40,285 nt of DNA. It comes from Anderseniella sp. (GTDB lineage Bacteria; Pseudomonadota; Alphaproteobacteria; Rhizobiales; Aestuariivirgaceae). This document shows, piece after piece, positions 1-9,610 of the stretch. The notes under the pieces were generated by a model. The model worked only from the letters and a program-made list of their open reading frames with translations. It did no database searches and was not told the DNA's origin. The position numbers and the translations under genes are program-made. The DNA lies in the NCBI GenBank assembly GCA_033722845.1, contig JAWVYF010000001.1:1-40285 (forward strand), read 5' to 3'. Position 1 is the stretch's first letter, and every line of letters starts with the position of its first letter.

Positions 1-371
1 ACGCGGCCGGCATGCAGCCAGGCATGAATGAGGCTTTCGCCGGATTGCTGCCCCGGCACCATCATCAGGTTCTCGCGCACGGTCAGCGTGGAAAATTCAT
101 GCGCAATCTGGAAGGTGCGCAACAGCCCCTTGGCAAACAGCTCATGCGGGGTCAGGCCGGAAATGTCCTCGCCGTCCAGCAGGACCCTGCCGGAGGTTGG
201 CTTGTAAAGCCCTGCGATCACATTGAACAAGGTGGTCTTGCCCGCCCCATTGGGGCCGATCAGGCCTGTAATGCTGCCTGTTTCGATGGTCAGTGAAGCA
301 CCATCGACAGCCCTCAGCCCGCCGAAGTGCTTGTGCACATTGTCGACGACAATCTTTGGGTTTTCGCTCAT
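1..371 (-). CDS. livG: Branched-chain amino acid ABC transporter ATP-binding protein (LivG-like), 3' end runs off the window
   Basis: Not in the ORF track. Manual translation from ATG at 371 gives MSENPKIVVDNVHKHFGGLRAVDGASLTIETGSITGLIGPNGAGKTTLFNVIAG...LLRTFQ (Walker A GPNGAGKTT, LivG-type RTFQ). An in-frame ATG at 383 is an alternative start. Confidence 0.88.
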   Translation of the reverse strand, partial: MSENPKIVVDNVHKHFGGLRAVDGASLTIETGSITGLIGPNGAGKTTLFNVIAGLYKPTSGRVLLDGEDISGLTPHELFAKGLLRTFQIAHEFSTLTVRENLMMVPGQQSGESLIHAWLHAGR

Positions 372-400
372 GAGTCCCGGCATGCTTGGTGTAAAAGGCC

Positions 401-432
401 GAGCCCGGGCGCGGCAAATCGCGTCCGGGCTC
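401..432 (-). terminator. Stem-loop between the binding-protein gene and livG (partial terminator or mRNA-stabilising hairpin)
   Basis: Inverted repeat GAGCCCGGGCGCG-gcaaat-CGCGTCCGGGCTC; on the minus strand it is followed by GGCCTTTT. Confidence 0.6.
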
Positions 433-450
433 TTTGTTGGGGTCAGGTGA

Positions 451-1632
451 TCAACGGTACTTGACCGTTTCGATCTTGCCATCCTTGATCACGAACTCGC
501 GGTAGTTGCCGGCGCTTTCGCCAGGGCCGACGAGTTCAACCGCGGATGCACCCACATAGTCGATGTCGCCGCCATCCTTGAGGATCTTCAGCGCCTTGGC
601 CAGTTCACCGGGGTAGATCTTCTCACCCGGGGCGTTGGCCACTTCCATGACCTTTTCCTTCAGCTTGGCGCTTTCGGTGGAACCGGCAGCCTGCATGGCC
701 AGCAGGATCAGCGCAGCCGCGTCATAGGACTCGGCAGAGAAAGCTGCTGCTTCAAAGCCTGCCGCCTTGGCCATGTCGGCATAGGTGGATGCGCCCGGGC
801 TGTCGGTGCCTGGGTTGGCGCCATAAGACCCGTTCAGGCCAGAACCGATTGCCTCTACAAGCGCATCGCCAGCCATGCCATCGGGCAGGTAGAAGGTGTC
901 GAATGCGCCGGTGTCGAGCGCGGCCTGGATGATACCCTTGCCGCCCTGGTCGAGGTAGCCGGCCACCACAAGCACTTCACCGCCAGCCTGCGCCAGCGCG
1001 CCGACTTCTGCGGAGTAGTCACCCTTGCCGTCTTCGTGGGCTGCGGAAATGGTTACCTTGCCGCCAGCAGCTTCGAAGTTCTTCTGGATGGCTTCGGCGA
1101 GACCCTTGCCGTAGTCGTTGTTGGTGTAGGTGATGGCGACCGACTTCACACCCTTCTCCTGAAGGATGTCGCGGACGATCTCGCCCTGGCGTGCATCCGA
1201 CGGAGCGGTGCGGAAGAACAGGCCGTCGTCTTCAGCCGTCGACAGGCCCGGCGAGGTTGCGGACGGCGAGATCATCACGATGCCGTTCGGGCGCGCGACG
1301 TTCTGCAGCGCAGCACCGGTCACGCCGGAACAGTCGCCACCAACCATTGCCTTCACCTTGTCGGTGGTGATCAGGCGCTCGGCTGCAGCCGTTGCAGCAG
1401 CAGCGTCGATGCAGGTGGTGTCGCCACGCACCGCCTCGACCTTCACGCCGTCAAGCAGCGCGCCGCTGTCGGATACTTCCTTGATTGCGAGCTCAGCGCC
1501 GGGGCCCATGTTGGCCACGGTCGATTCAATTGGGCCGGTGAAACCCAGGAAGACACCGATCTTGATGTCTTCGGCCAGCGCAGCCGTTGACATGAAGGTG
1601 GTCGCAGCAAGTGCTAGAACGAGTTTTTTCAT
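451..1632 (-). CDS. ABC transporter substrate-binding protein, LivK/LivJ (branched-chain amino acid) family
   Basis: 393 aa; signal peptide MKKLVLALAATTFMSTAALA; motifs SPSATSP, FFRTAPSDARQG, NNDYGKG; SD GGAGGA upstream; precedes livG. Confidence 0.9.
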   Translation of the reverse strand: MKKLVLALAATTFMSTAALAEDIKIGVFLGFTGPIESTVANMGPGAELAIKEVSDSGALLDGVKVEAVRGDTTCIDAAAATAAAERLITTDKVKAMVGGDCSGVTGAALQNVARPNGIVMISPSATSPGLSTAEDDGLFFRTAPSDARQGEIVRDILQEKGVKSVAITYTNNDYGKGLAEAIQKNFEAAGGKVTISAAHEDGKGDYSAEVGALAQAGGEVLVVAGYLDQGGKGIIQAALDTGAFDTFYLPDGMAGDALVEAIGSGLNGSYGANPGTDSPGASTYADMAKAAGFEAAAFSAESYDAAALILLAMQAAGSTESAKLKEKVMEVANAPGEKIYPGELAKALKILKDGGDIDYVGASAVELVGPGESAGNYREFVIKDGKIETVKYR

Positions 1633-1845
1633 ATGATCCTCCGTTAGATACCGTTCACGGTGGCGGTATCAAAGCACCATTGCCAACACGAGTCACCTCC
1701 CCAAATCACCAAAATTGTCCGTGCAAACAGTTGCATCCGCTGGCGGACTTCCCTTTACCACCCTCCTGCCGCGGCAAACTGCATGTTCGCAAGGCGCAAG
1801 TTCACGATTGGCAGCGGCGGGCAATGTCTGTTATCGGAACGCCCC

Positions 1846-2898
1846 ATGACAGATACGCAATCGCTCTCCATCACCCGGCCGGATGACTGGCATCTGCATT
1901 TGCGCGACGGCGCCATGCTGCAAGGTGTGCTGCCGCACAGTGCAGCCCACTTCGCCCGCGCCATCATCATGCCCAACCTGGTTCCGCCAGTCGTCACCGG
2001 ACAACAGGCCGCCAAATATCGCGAGCGCATTGTTGCCGCGCTGCCCGCCGGCATGCGCTTCGAACCGCTGATGACACTCTATCTGACCGAGGATACCGAT
2101 GCAGATGATGTTGCAGCGGCTCACGCCTCCGGGTTGGTCAAGGCCGTGAAGCTGTACCCGGCCGGGGCCACGACCAATTCGCAATCCGGCGTACGTGACT
2201 TCGGCAAGGTGCAGGGCGTGCTGGAGCGCATGGCCGACATCGGGCTGCCGCTGTGCGTACATGGCGAGGTGACAGACAGCGACATCGACATCTTTGACCG
2301 CGAGGCGGTTTTCATCGAGCGCGTGCTTGATCCCGTGCGCCGCCGGGTGCCGGGCCTGAAGGTGGTGATGGAGCACGTTACCACCGAAGACGCCGTGAAC
2401 TATGTCAGCGCCGACACGTCAGGGCGGCTTGGTGCAACCATCACCACCCATCACCTGATCATCAACCGCAACCACATTCTCGCAGGGGGCATCAAGCCGC
2501 ACTACTACTGCCTGCCCGTGGCCAAGCGCGAGAAACACCGGCTGGCCCTGCGCGCAGCTGCAACCGGGGGCGACCAGCGGTTCTTCCTCGGCACAGATTC
2601 CGCGCCACATTCCGACCCCGCCAAGCTGCAGCCATGCGGTTGCGCCGGTATCTTTACCGCGCCCAATACGATGAGCCTGCTGGCGCATGTATTCGAGGAA
2701 GAAGGTGCACTCGACAAGCTCGAAGGCTTTGCCTCACTGCATGGCCCGGCTTTTTACGGCCTGCCTGCCAACCAAGAGCGCCTGACGCTGGTCAAGCGTG
2801 AGGAGCCGGTGCAGTTCCCCGAACGTATCGAAACCGGCGACGGGCCGGTGACCGTGTTCGACCCCGGCTTCGAGGTCTATTGGCAGGTACAGGCCTGA
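1846..2898 (+). CDS. pyrC: Dihydroorotase (homodimeric type II)
   Basis: [36 protein letters not shown]. Start placed at ATG 1846 (MTDTQ) within the longer ORF. Confidence 0.96.
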   Translation: MTDTQSLSITRPDDWHLHLRDGAMLQGVLPHSAAHFARAIIMPNLVPPVVTGQQAAKYRERIVAALPAGMRFEPLMTLYLTEDTDADDVAAAHASGLVKAVKLYPAGATTNSQSGVRDFGKVQGVLERMADIGLPLCVHGEVTDSDIDIFDREAVFIERVLDPVRRRVPGLKVVMEHVTTEDAVNYVSADTSGRLGATITTHHLIINRNHILAGGIKPHYYCLPVAKREKHRLALRAAATGGDQRFFLGTDSAPHSDPAKLQPCGCAGIFTAPNTMSLLAHVFEEEGALDKLEGFASLHGPAFYGLPANQERLTLVKREEPVQFPERIETGDGPVTVFDPGFEVYWQVQA

Positions 2899-2903
2899 TA
2901 TCC

Positions 2904-4082
2904 GTGCGGCTGCTTTTCGTATCCCATTGTTTTCCGCTTGAAGGCGAGCCGATGAGCAAGATCGGCGGCATGCAGCGCGTGGCCATTGACCTTCTGGCCC
3001 AGCTCAAGGGACGCAACGACCTGGAGGTCAGCGAGCTGCTGCTGCGTACGCCGAGCGGCAAGGAACAATGGCATCTGCTGCCTTTCCTGGCGCGCGCCTA
3101 TGTTGACATCCGCCACCGTATTGCATCGGGCGAGGTGGACGCGGTTCTGTTTTCTGCGATGCCCAGTGCCGTTCTGGCAAGCGTGTTGGCAGGGCCTGCG
3201 CGCCGCGCCGGCGTCGCACTGATGGCGATCAGTCACGGTCATGACGTGATTGCAGACTTTGCGCCCTATCAGTGGCTGGTGCGCCGGGTCATGCACCGTC
3301 TGGACGCCATGCTGCCGGTCAGCCGTTCGACAGGCGAACAATGCGTCGAAAGGGGTCTGCCCCGGGACAAGCTGTTCGTGACGCCCAACGGGATCAATCC
3401 CGAACGCTTTGGCGAAAGCTTTCCCGGTGTGCTGGTCAAGCGCGAGGCGCGCCGCGGCTTGCTGGAGAAACAGTTTCCGGCGCTGGCAGCGGCAACCGGC
3501 AAGGATGACTTGCTGCTTTGCTCTGTGGGACGGCAGGTCAAACGCAAGGGCCACGCCTGGTTCATCCAGAATGTCATGCCGAAACTTGCCGGCAACGTGC
3601 ATCTGGTACTGGGCGGCAAGGGACCGGAGACGGCGGCCATTGCACAGGCTGCGAAGGCAACGGCGCTTGAAGCTCGCATTCACCCGCTGGGTCTGGTGCC
3701 GGAAGAAGACCTGGCCGGGCTCTATTCGTCGTGCGACCTGTTCGTGATGCCCAACATCCCTGTTCCGGGCGACAAGGAAGGCTTCGGCGTTGTGATGCTG
3801 GAAGCGGGCCTGTGCGGCCTGCCGTCCATCGCCTCACGCATCGAAGGCATTGCTGACGTTGTCACCGATGGCAAGAACGGCTTTGGCCTGCCGGCATGGG
3901 ATGCAGATGGCTTCGCGCAAACAATCAACCGGTTTGCAGCCGACCGGTCGCGGCTTGATGCGCTGAGCATGTCGGCCCGCAAGCACACGCTGGCAACATT
4001 CACCTGGCAGGAAATTGCCGGGCGCGTGGCCGATACCGTCCGGCTGGTCGCAGAGCGCAAACGCGCCGCATCGGCCCGCTAA
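2904..4082 (+). CDS. Glycosyltransferase family 4 (GT-B fold)
   Basis: N-terminal RLLFVSH...GGMQR; SVGRQVKRKG; DLFVMPN...EGFGVVMLEAG (EX7E motif). Probable GTG start at 2904, 5 bp after the pyrC stop. Confidence 0.88.
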   Translation: MRLLFVSHCFPLEGEPMSKIGGMQRVAIDLLAQLKGRNDLEVSELLLRTPSGKEQWHLLPFLARAYVDIRHRIASGEVDAVLFSAMPSAVLASVLAGPARRAGVALMAISHGHDVIADFAPYQWLVRRVMHRLDAMLPVSRSTGEQCVERGLPRDKLFVTPNGINPERFGESFPGVLVKREARRGLLEKQFPALAAATGKDDLLLCSVGRQVKRKGHAWFIQNVMPKLAGNVHLVLGGKGPETAAIAQAAKATALEARIHPLGLVPEEDLAGLYSSCDLFVMPNIPVPGDKEGFGVVMLEAGLCGLPSIASRIEGIADVVTDGKNGFGLPAWDADGFAQTINRFAADRSRLDALSMSARKHTLATFTWQEIAGRVADTVRLVAERKRAASAR

Positions 4083-5206
4083 CCAACCGGCCGGCCCTTC
4101 CACGTGACCTGACGGCCGGAACGCCAGCGGAAGAACGCGATCCACTGGATGGCAACCAGCGCCGCCACGCCAAGCGGGTGCAGCACGGCACCGAGCAGAG
4201 ACAGCCGGAACCGGAATGCCATGATGAAACGCATGGCCCACGGCAACAGTGCAGACAGCATTGCCAGCGTCATGACATGACCGGTCGCGCCGGACAGCCA
4301 GAGCCAGGCCGCCAGAATGACGGGAATAACGTGACCGCCCAGCAACAGCACGGTCCACACCGGCAAACCTACGGGTGTTGCCATGCCTTCGTGGGCATTC
4401 TTCATAAGGCCATTGAAGACCTGCGGGCCGTCTTCATACATCCGCGTTTCAGAAATGCCGGTGATGTCGACCAGGTCGGTGCGGTGGCCGGCAGCCCGGA
4501 AGTGGCGCGGCAACATCACACCGTCATGCACCGACTGCTTGATCCGCTCATGCCCGCCGACGTTCCGGTAGGCGTCGAGATCCACGGCGACGAGCTGGCC
4601 ACAGGCGGTGGCGAACATGGGTGAATTGGTAAACTTCACACCTGGAAACGGCAGATAGCCCAGCAGCACCGTATGGATAAGCGGGATCAGCAGTTTCTCC
4701 CAGAAGCTCCCGGTGACCTGGTGAGGAAAGCCCGACAGAAGCTTCAACTCCGGGCAGCGGGCAAATTCCGACGCAATACGCTCCAGTGCATCAGTCTCGA
4801 GCGTCACATCGGCATCAAGGAACACTGCCTTGCCGTGGCGCGCCTGAGTGGACAGAAAATGGCAGGCAAAATTCTTGCCGCGCCAGCCTTCGGGCACCGG
4901 TGGCGTCGTGACAAGACGCACACGCTCATCGCCAGAGGCAAACTCGCGCACAATGTCAGCCGTGCGGTCGGTTGAGCTGTCGTCAGCCACCACGAGCTCG
5001 AAATCGACGCCCTTGCACGCAAGAATGGAGCGCAATACGGGCGTGATGCGCGCCTCCTCGTTGCGCGCCGGCACAAGCACGGAAAGGGCCGGCAGATCAG
5101 CTTCTGTCCTGCGGCTCAACGGCCAGTACAACAGCAGGTTTATGACGCCCATGGCGGGTGTGACCATGGCCAATACGAAGATGATCTGAACGAAGAGCTC
5201 TGTCAT
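4079..5206 (-). CDS. Glycosyltransferase family 2, CrtQ-like (carotenoid glycosyltransferase candidate)
   Basis: SVLVPARNEE, DDSSTDRT, GWRGKNFAC, FLDADV (DxD), C-terminal TM helices ending WKGR; last gene of the desaturase operon. Confidence 0.82.
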   Translation of the reverse strand: MTELFVQIIFVLAMVTPAMGVINLLLYWPLSRRTEADLPALSVLVPARNEEARITPVLRSILACKGVDFELVVADDSSTDRTADIVREFASGDERVRLVTTPPVPEGWRGKNFACHFLSTQARHGKAVFLDADVTLETDALERIASEFARCPELKLLSGFPHQVTGSFWEKLLIPLIHTVLLGYLPFPGVKFTNSPMFATACGQLVAVDLDAYRNVGGHERIKQSVHDGVMLPRHFRAAGHRTDLVDITGISETRMYEDGPQVFNGLMKNAHEGMATPVGLPVWTVLLLGGHVIPVILAAWLWLSGATGHVMTLAMLSALLPWAMRFIMAFRFRLSLLGAVLHPLGVAALVAIQWIAFFRWRSGRQVTWKGRPVG

Positions 5207-5211
5207 GGTAT

Positions 5212-6075
5212 TCAGGACTTGTCCTTGCCGGAATGAGTTGAGCTGCCGGTATCGCCATGCGCTGCCGAAAAGCTTTCACGCCTGACCAGAGCCTTCAGAT
5301 AGCGCCAGCCGTCATAGATGAAGTTCACGCCGGTGGTCCCGTCAATCATTGTGACAAAGCGGGCCGGGTCGCGGGACATGGCGGCTTCTGCCAGTTCGTC
5401 CTGCGTTCGCGTCAATGCATCTTCGAGGTGTTTTGTCCAACCGTCGGCGTCGAGTTGGTGTTGCGTGGTATCGATCTGTTGACCGAAATGAACGAGCACT
5501 TCCGGGCGCGCCTCGTTCCAGAAAACCAGTTCCATTGCGATCGGCTGCATGACGGCACCACAATCGCGCGCGATACGGGCGATGCCTGGCTGGAAACGAA
5601 CCGGACGGGTCCGCACGTCGGCAAACTCGCCCTGCGGTGTTATCCAGACCGCGTTGCCCGGACGGGCCAGCAGCCCTCTTGAGACCTGAAGGAAACGGGC
5701 AGCACCACGCGCAGAGTCCTGCTCGACGCCAAAGATGCCGATCTTCTTCATGAAGGCGTATTTTTCCAGCGCCACTGCATCCATCGGGCCATACGCGATG
5801 TGCTGAGAGAAGTAGTGGCGTGACAACACCAGAAACATCAGCGGGTCGTACCAGCTGGAGTGATTGGCATACCCAATCATGGGCCGTGATGCAGGCACCG
5901 GCTCAGGTGGCTCGCCCAGAACCCGGAAGGCTGTGAACCGCTTGGCGAACAAGCGCTGACAATACAGGTCGAAGACGCGCGCTACACGTGGCGAATACCG
6001 CCCGGCAACCTCGTCTGCTGCCTTGTGATCGCGCGCGCTCAAAGGTTCTGCCTCAACGCCTGCCTCAAACGGCAA
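5212..6075 (-). CDS. Lysophospholipid/glycerol acyltransferase family protein (PlsC-like)
   Basis: NHSSWYD (HX4D catalytic motif) and WITPQGEF (variant of the FPEG block). TTG start overlaps the end of the desaturase gene; exact start uncertain. Confidence 0.82.
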   Translation of the reverse strand: MPFEAGVEAEPLSARDHKAADEVAGRYSPRVARVFDLYCQRLFAKRFTAFRVLGEPPEPVPASRPMIGYANHSSWYDPLMFLVLSRHYFSQHIAYGPMDAVALEKYAFMKKIGIFGVEQDSARGAARFLQVSRGLLARPGNAVWITPQGEFADVRTRPVRFQPGIARIARDCGAVMQPIAMELVFWNEARPEVLVHFGQQIDTTQHQLDADGWTKHLEDALTRTQDELAEAAMSRDPARFVTMIDGTTGVNFIYDGWRYLKALVRRESFSAAHGDTGSSTHSGKDKS

Positions 6076-7555
6076 TGTCCTGGTTCAGCATGTCGCTGGT
6101 GATGCGGGCAGATTCGAAAATCACCGGCAGGCCGGAACCGGGGTGAGTACCACCGCCCACGAGGTAGACACGCTCAAGATCCTCGAACCTGTTCTGCGGC
6201 CTGAAGCAAAGCATCTGGTTGAGCGTGTGGCTCATGTTGAAGGTGGCGCCCTTGTAGATATGCATGTCGGCTTCCCAGTCGTCCGGCGTGACCATCTTCT
6301 CGTAGCGAATGCGGTCGCGGATATCGGGAATGCCCATCAGCGACAGCCGGTCGAGAGTCTTCTCGCGGAATGAAGGGGCTTCCTTGGACCAGTCGATGTT
6401 GGGTGTGCGGTGCGGTACCGGCACCAGAATGTACAATGTGGAGTGCCCCTTCGGCGCAAGAGTCTCGTCGGTAATGCAGCCGTTTTGAACATAGAAGGAT
6501 GGATGCGTGGGCAACACTTTCTTTGTCTGGATCTCGTCGATGTTGCCGTTGAAATCGTCTGACAGCACGATGGTGTGGTGCGGGACGTTGTCGAGCGTAC
6601 CCTCAAGGCCAAGGTAGAGCATGAAGGTCGAGCACGAAAACTCCTGCTTCTCGATCTTGCGGTCGTTCCACTTCTTGCGCATTTCGTTGGGCACAAGCTT
6701 GGGCAGGACATGTGCGAAGTCTGCATTCATGACCAGGCCATCAAGGTCGTAGGTGCCCTTGTTGGTGGTGACGGACTTTGCCTTCTTGCCATCGAAGGCA
6801 ATCGAGGTCACTTCCTCTTCAAGTCTGAGGTCCACACCCATCTCGACGCACAGCTCGCCCATGCGCTGCATCACGGCTGTGCACCCGCCCACCGGATGCC
6901 AGATTCCGTACTCATGCTCGAGGAAGGCCAGGATGGTGAACAGCGACGGACACTTGAACGGCGACATGCCGAGATACTTGGCCTGGAACGAGAATGCCCG
7001 GCGCACCCGCGGATCCTTGAAATAGCGTTCAAGGTCGGATTCGAGCGAACGCTGCGGATTGATGTTGGGCAGCGCCTTGAGCACATCAGGGCGCAGGAAG
7101 TCAGCCATGCTGGAGAACGGCTTTTCCAGCACCGAACGGAACTTCTCCAGCTTCTTGCGGTTGTCGCGCATATAGCGTTCGAAGTTCTCAGCGTCTGCCG
7201 GCGACAGCTTGGCGATCTCAGCCTTCATGGCATCTTCGCCGCTGACCACGTCGAGATGGCCGCCCTGCTCATGCACGACGCGGTACATCGGCTCGACGCG
7301 CTTGATCGGCACCTCGCGCCACAGGTCGTAGCCGCAATAGGTGAAAATCTCCGACAGGATGCGGGGATAAAGGAAGAAGGTCGGGCCAATGTCGAAGGTA
7401 AAACCTTCAGCCTTGATGGAGCCGGTGCGGCCGCCTACGCGCGATTGCCGCTCGATCAGGGTTACGTCATAACCGCGGCGCTTCAGAATCATCGCAGATG
7501 CAAGACCGCCAGGGCCTGCGCCAACAATAACAATGTGCGGAGTGGGAGAAGCCAT
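6065..7555 (-). CDS. crtI: Phytoene/diapophytoene desaturase family FAD oxidoreductase (CrtI/CrtN-like)
   Basis: 496 aa; FAD-binding IVGAGPGGL...GGRT...FDIGPTFF; C-terminal carotenoid desaturase signature YLVGGGTHPGSGLPVIFESARI. CrtI versus CrtN not resolvable by eye. Confidence 0.88.
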   Translation of the reverse strand: MASPTPHIVIVGAGPGGLASAMILKRRGYDVTLIERQSRVGGRTGSIKAEGFTFDIGPTFFLYPRILSEIFTYCGYDLWREVPIKRVEPMYRVVHEQGGHLDVVSGEDAMKAEIAKLSPADAENFERYMRDNRKKLEKFRSVLEKPFSSMADFLRPDVLKALPNINPQRSLESDLERYFKDPRVRRAFSFQAKYLGMSPFKCPSLFTILAFLEHEYGIWHPVGGCTAVMQRMGELCVEMGVDLRLEEEVTSIAFDGKKAKSVTTNKGTYDLDGLVMNADFAHVLPKLVPNEMRKKWNDRKIEKQEFSCSTFMLYLGLEGTLDNVPHHTIVLSDDFNGNIDEIQTKKVLPTHPSFYVQNGCITDETLAPKGHSTLYILVPVPHRTPNIDWSKEAPSFREKTLDRLSLMGIPDIRDRIRYEKMVTPDDWEADMHIYKGATFNMSHTLNQMLCFRPQNRFEDLERVYLVGGGTHPGSGLPVIFESARITSDMLNQDIAV

Positions 7556-7852
7556 GTTTTGTTGTTTCTTTAGCTGTTCGAACAGATTGCCAGAGGGAAG
7601 CGTTGGTCTGCAGCCACGATCCCGCCCCGTATTGACCGGTTCTTATAATGGTTGATGGCCAATTTAGAACCCCTCGCCCCCTATGACCTTTTGCCGCTTT
7701 TGGTTTATCCCCAGCAGCGATGGCCAGACCGGCCTTAACACGAGACGGCGGGTTCCCTTTTAATTACAAAACAGTTAGGTCTTGAGGCATGTCGCGTGGC
7801 GGAAAATTCCGCCTTCCAGCCACTCAAGCTGAGCAGAGGACTCCCCGTTCCC

Positions 7853-8779
7853 ATGCCGGTCATCTCGGTATCCCAGCTTCGCAAAGACTATACCGGCAGG
7901 ACTGCGGTCAACGGCATATCGTTCGACGTCCACAAGGGCGAGACGTTTGCGCTGCTTGGGCCAAACGGGGCCGGCAAGACCACAACAATCGAAATCCTCG
8001 AAGGCTACCGCAAGGCAGACAGCGGAACGGTGCGGGTTCTGGGGCTTGATCCACAAAGCGATCGCATGGCGCTCAAGCTGCGCACCGGACTGGTGCTGCA
8101 GACCACGGCGCTGGAGCCGGAACTCACCGTGGCCGAGACCGCAACCGCCTTCCGGCGCCTTTATCCTGACCCGAGAGACGCCGACGACGTACTCGAATCC
8201 GTCAACCTGGGCCACATGAAGCAAACGCGCGTTGGCGCGCTGTCGGGCGGACAGAAGCGGCGACTTGAGATTGCGCTCGGCATCATCGGCAAACCCGAAT
8301 TGCTCTTTCTCGACGAACCGACCACCGGCCTGGATCCGGAAGCGAGGCGCAAGATCTGGGCCCTGATCCGCAGGCTCAACCAGTCGGGTTGCACCATACT
8401 GCTGTCGTCGCACTACATGGACGAGGTGCAGGCACTGGCAGACCGGATGATCATCCTTGTCGACGGCCACATTGCTGCCGAAGGCCGTCCGGACGAGTTG
8501 CAGACACTTCACGCCACTCACGCCGTCATCCGTTTCGACACGCAAGGGCGCCAGCTGCCCAGCTTGCCGGACGAGCTCAAACAGGCAATCAGCATCGAGC
8601 ATGGCGTGGCAACGATGACCGCCTCAGATCCGGCACCCTTGCTGCATGAGCTGACTGGATGGGCGTTGCAAACCGGCGTTGACCTGTCATCGCTGACCGT
8701 CAGCCGGCAAAGCCTTGAAGAAATCTACCTCAAGCTGGCCAGCCGCACATCAACCGCAGCTCGGGAGGCAGCAGAATGA
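7853..8779 (+). CDS. ABC-2 type exporter ATP-binding protein (DrrA/NodI-like)
   Basis: GPNGAGKTT, LSGGQ, LLFLDEPTTGLD, SSHYMDE; C-terminal SLEEIYL. Start at ATG 7853 or GTG 7796. Confidence 0.9.
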   Translation: MPVISVSQLRKDYTGRTAVNGISFDVHKGETFALLGPNGAGKTTTIEILEGYRKADSGTVRVLGLDPQSDRMALKLRTGLVLQTTALEPELTVAETATAFRRLYPDPRDADDVLESVNLGHMKQTRVGALSGGQKRRLEIALGIIGKPELLFLDEPTTGLDPEARRKIWALIRRLNQSGCTILLSSHYMDEVQALADRMIILVDGHIAAEGRPDELQTLHATHAVIRFDTQGRQLPSLPDELKQAISIEHGVATMTASDPAPLLHELTGWALQTGVDLSSLTVSRQSLEEIYLKLASRTSTAAREAAE

Positions 8780-9570
8780 TGCTGTTCGAGGAAGCCGCGC
8801 ATCAGTTGAAGCTGTTTGCCCGCCGGCCCGTTGCGATGTTCTTCGTCGTCGTCATGCCGCTGATCCTGCTTTTGGTGCTGACGCAGCTGTTCGGCAATGA
8901 GCGCATTGAAGGGCTCGGGCTGAACACCGCCCAGTTCTATACGCCTGCGCTAGCGGTGTTTGGGGTCGTCATGGCCTGCTATACCTACCTGGCCGTATCC
9001 ACCGCCACGGCGCGCGACCTTGGCATTCTGAAGCGGGTTCGCGGCACACCAATGCCGCCCTGGATCTACATTTGTGCGCGCATCCTGGCTGTATCGGTTA
9101 TCGCCTTTGCTTCGCTGGTTCTGGTGATTGCCACAGGTGCGCTTGTATTCGGCGTAGAGATTATCTGGGACCGGGTTCCGGCAGCGCTGCTTGTTGCCGT
9201 TGTCGGGGCGCTGTGCTTTGCCGCGCTCGGCATGATGATCACCGCGCTGTTCCGGTCTGCCGAAACGGTGCAGGCCGCGGCCAGCGCAACCATCATGCCG
9301 CTTGCCTTCATCTCCGACATCTTCGTCCGGCCGAACTCCGAGTCGTCCGAATGGATTCCAGTGATCGGTAACCTGTTCCCATTGCGGCATTTCTCGCTGG
9401 CCTTCCAGCATGCCTTTGACCATGCCTACGAGGGTAGCGGATTTGCCCTGCCCGACGCCGAAGGCATCGTCTACTCGGTCTTGCCACATCTTGGCGTGAT
9501 GGCAGCATGGGGCATTGTTGCTGCGCTGGTTGCAGCGCGCTATTTCAACTGGGAAGCGCGCGCGGAATAA
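8776..9570 (+). CDS. ABC-2 type exporter permease
   Basis: About 6 hydrophobic segments; RDLGILKRVRGTPMP motif; ATGA overlap with the ATPase gene. Confidence 0.88.
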   Translation: MMLFEEAAHQLKLFARRPVAMFFVVVMPLILLLVLTQLFGNERIEGLGLNTAQFYTPALAVFGVVMACYTYLAVSTATARDLGILKRVRGTPMPPWIYICARILAVSVIAFASLVLVIATGALVFGVEIIWDRVPAALLVAVVGALCFAALGMMITALFRSAETVQAAASATIMPLAFISDIFVRPNSESSEWIPVIGNLFPLRHFSLAFQHAFDHAYEGSGFALPDAEGIVYSVLPHLGVMAAWGIVAALVAARYFNWEARAE

Positions 9571-9610
9571 TCCGGATTTGTGATTCCTCAAGACCCGGCC
9601 AGAAAGCGCA

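Noticed and set aside
7632-7778. TTGACC/TATAAT, a near LexA box, a near DnaA box (TTATCCCCA) and a near CtrA box in the desaturase-ABC spacer
   Set aside because: Wrong spacing (6 bp between the hexamers) or 1-2 mismatches each; not distinguishable from chance.
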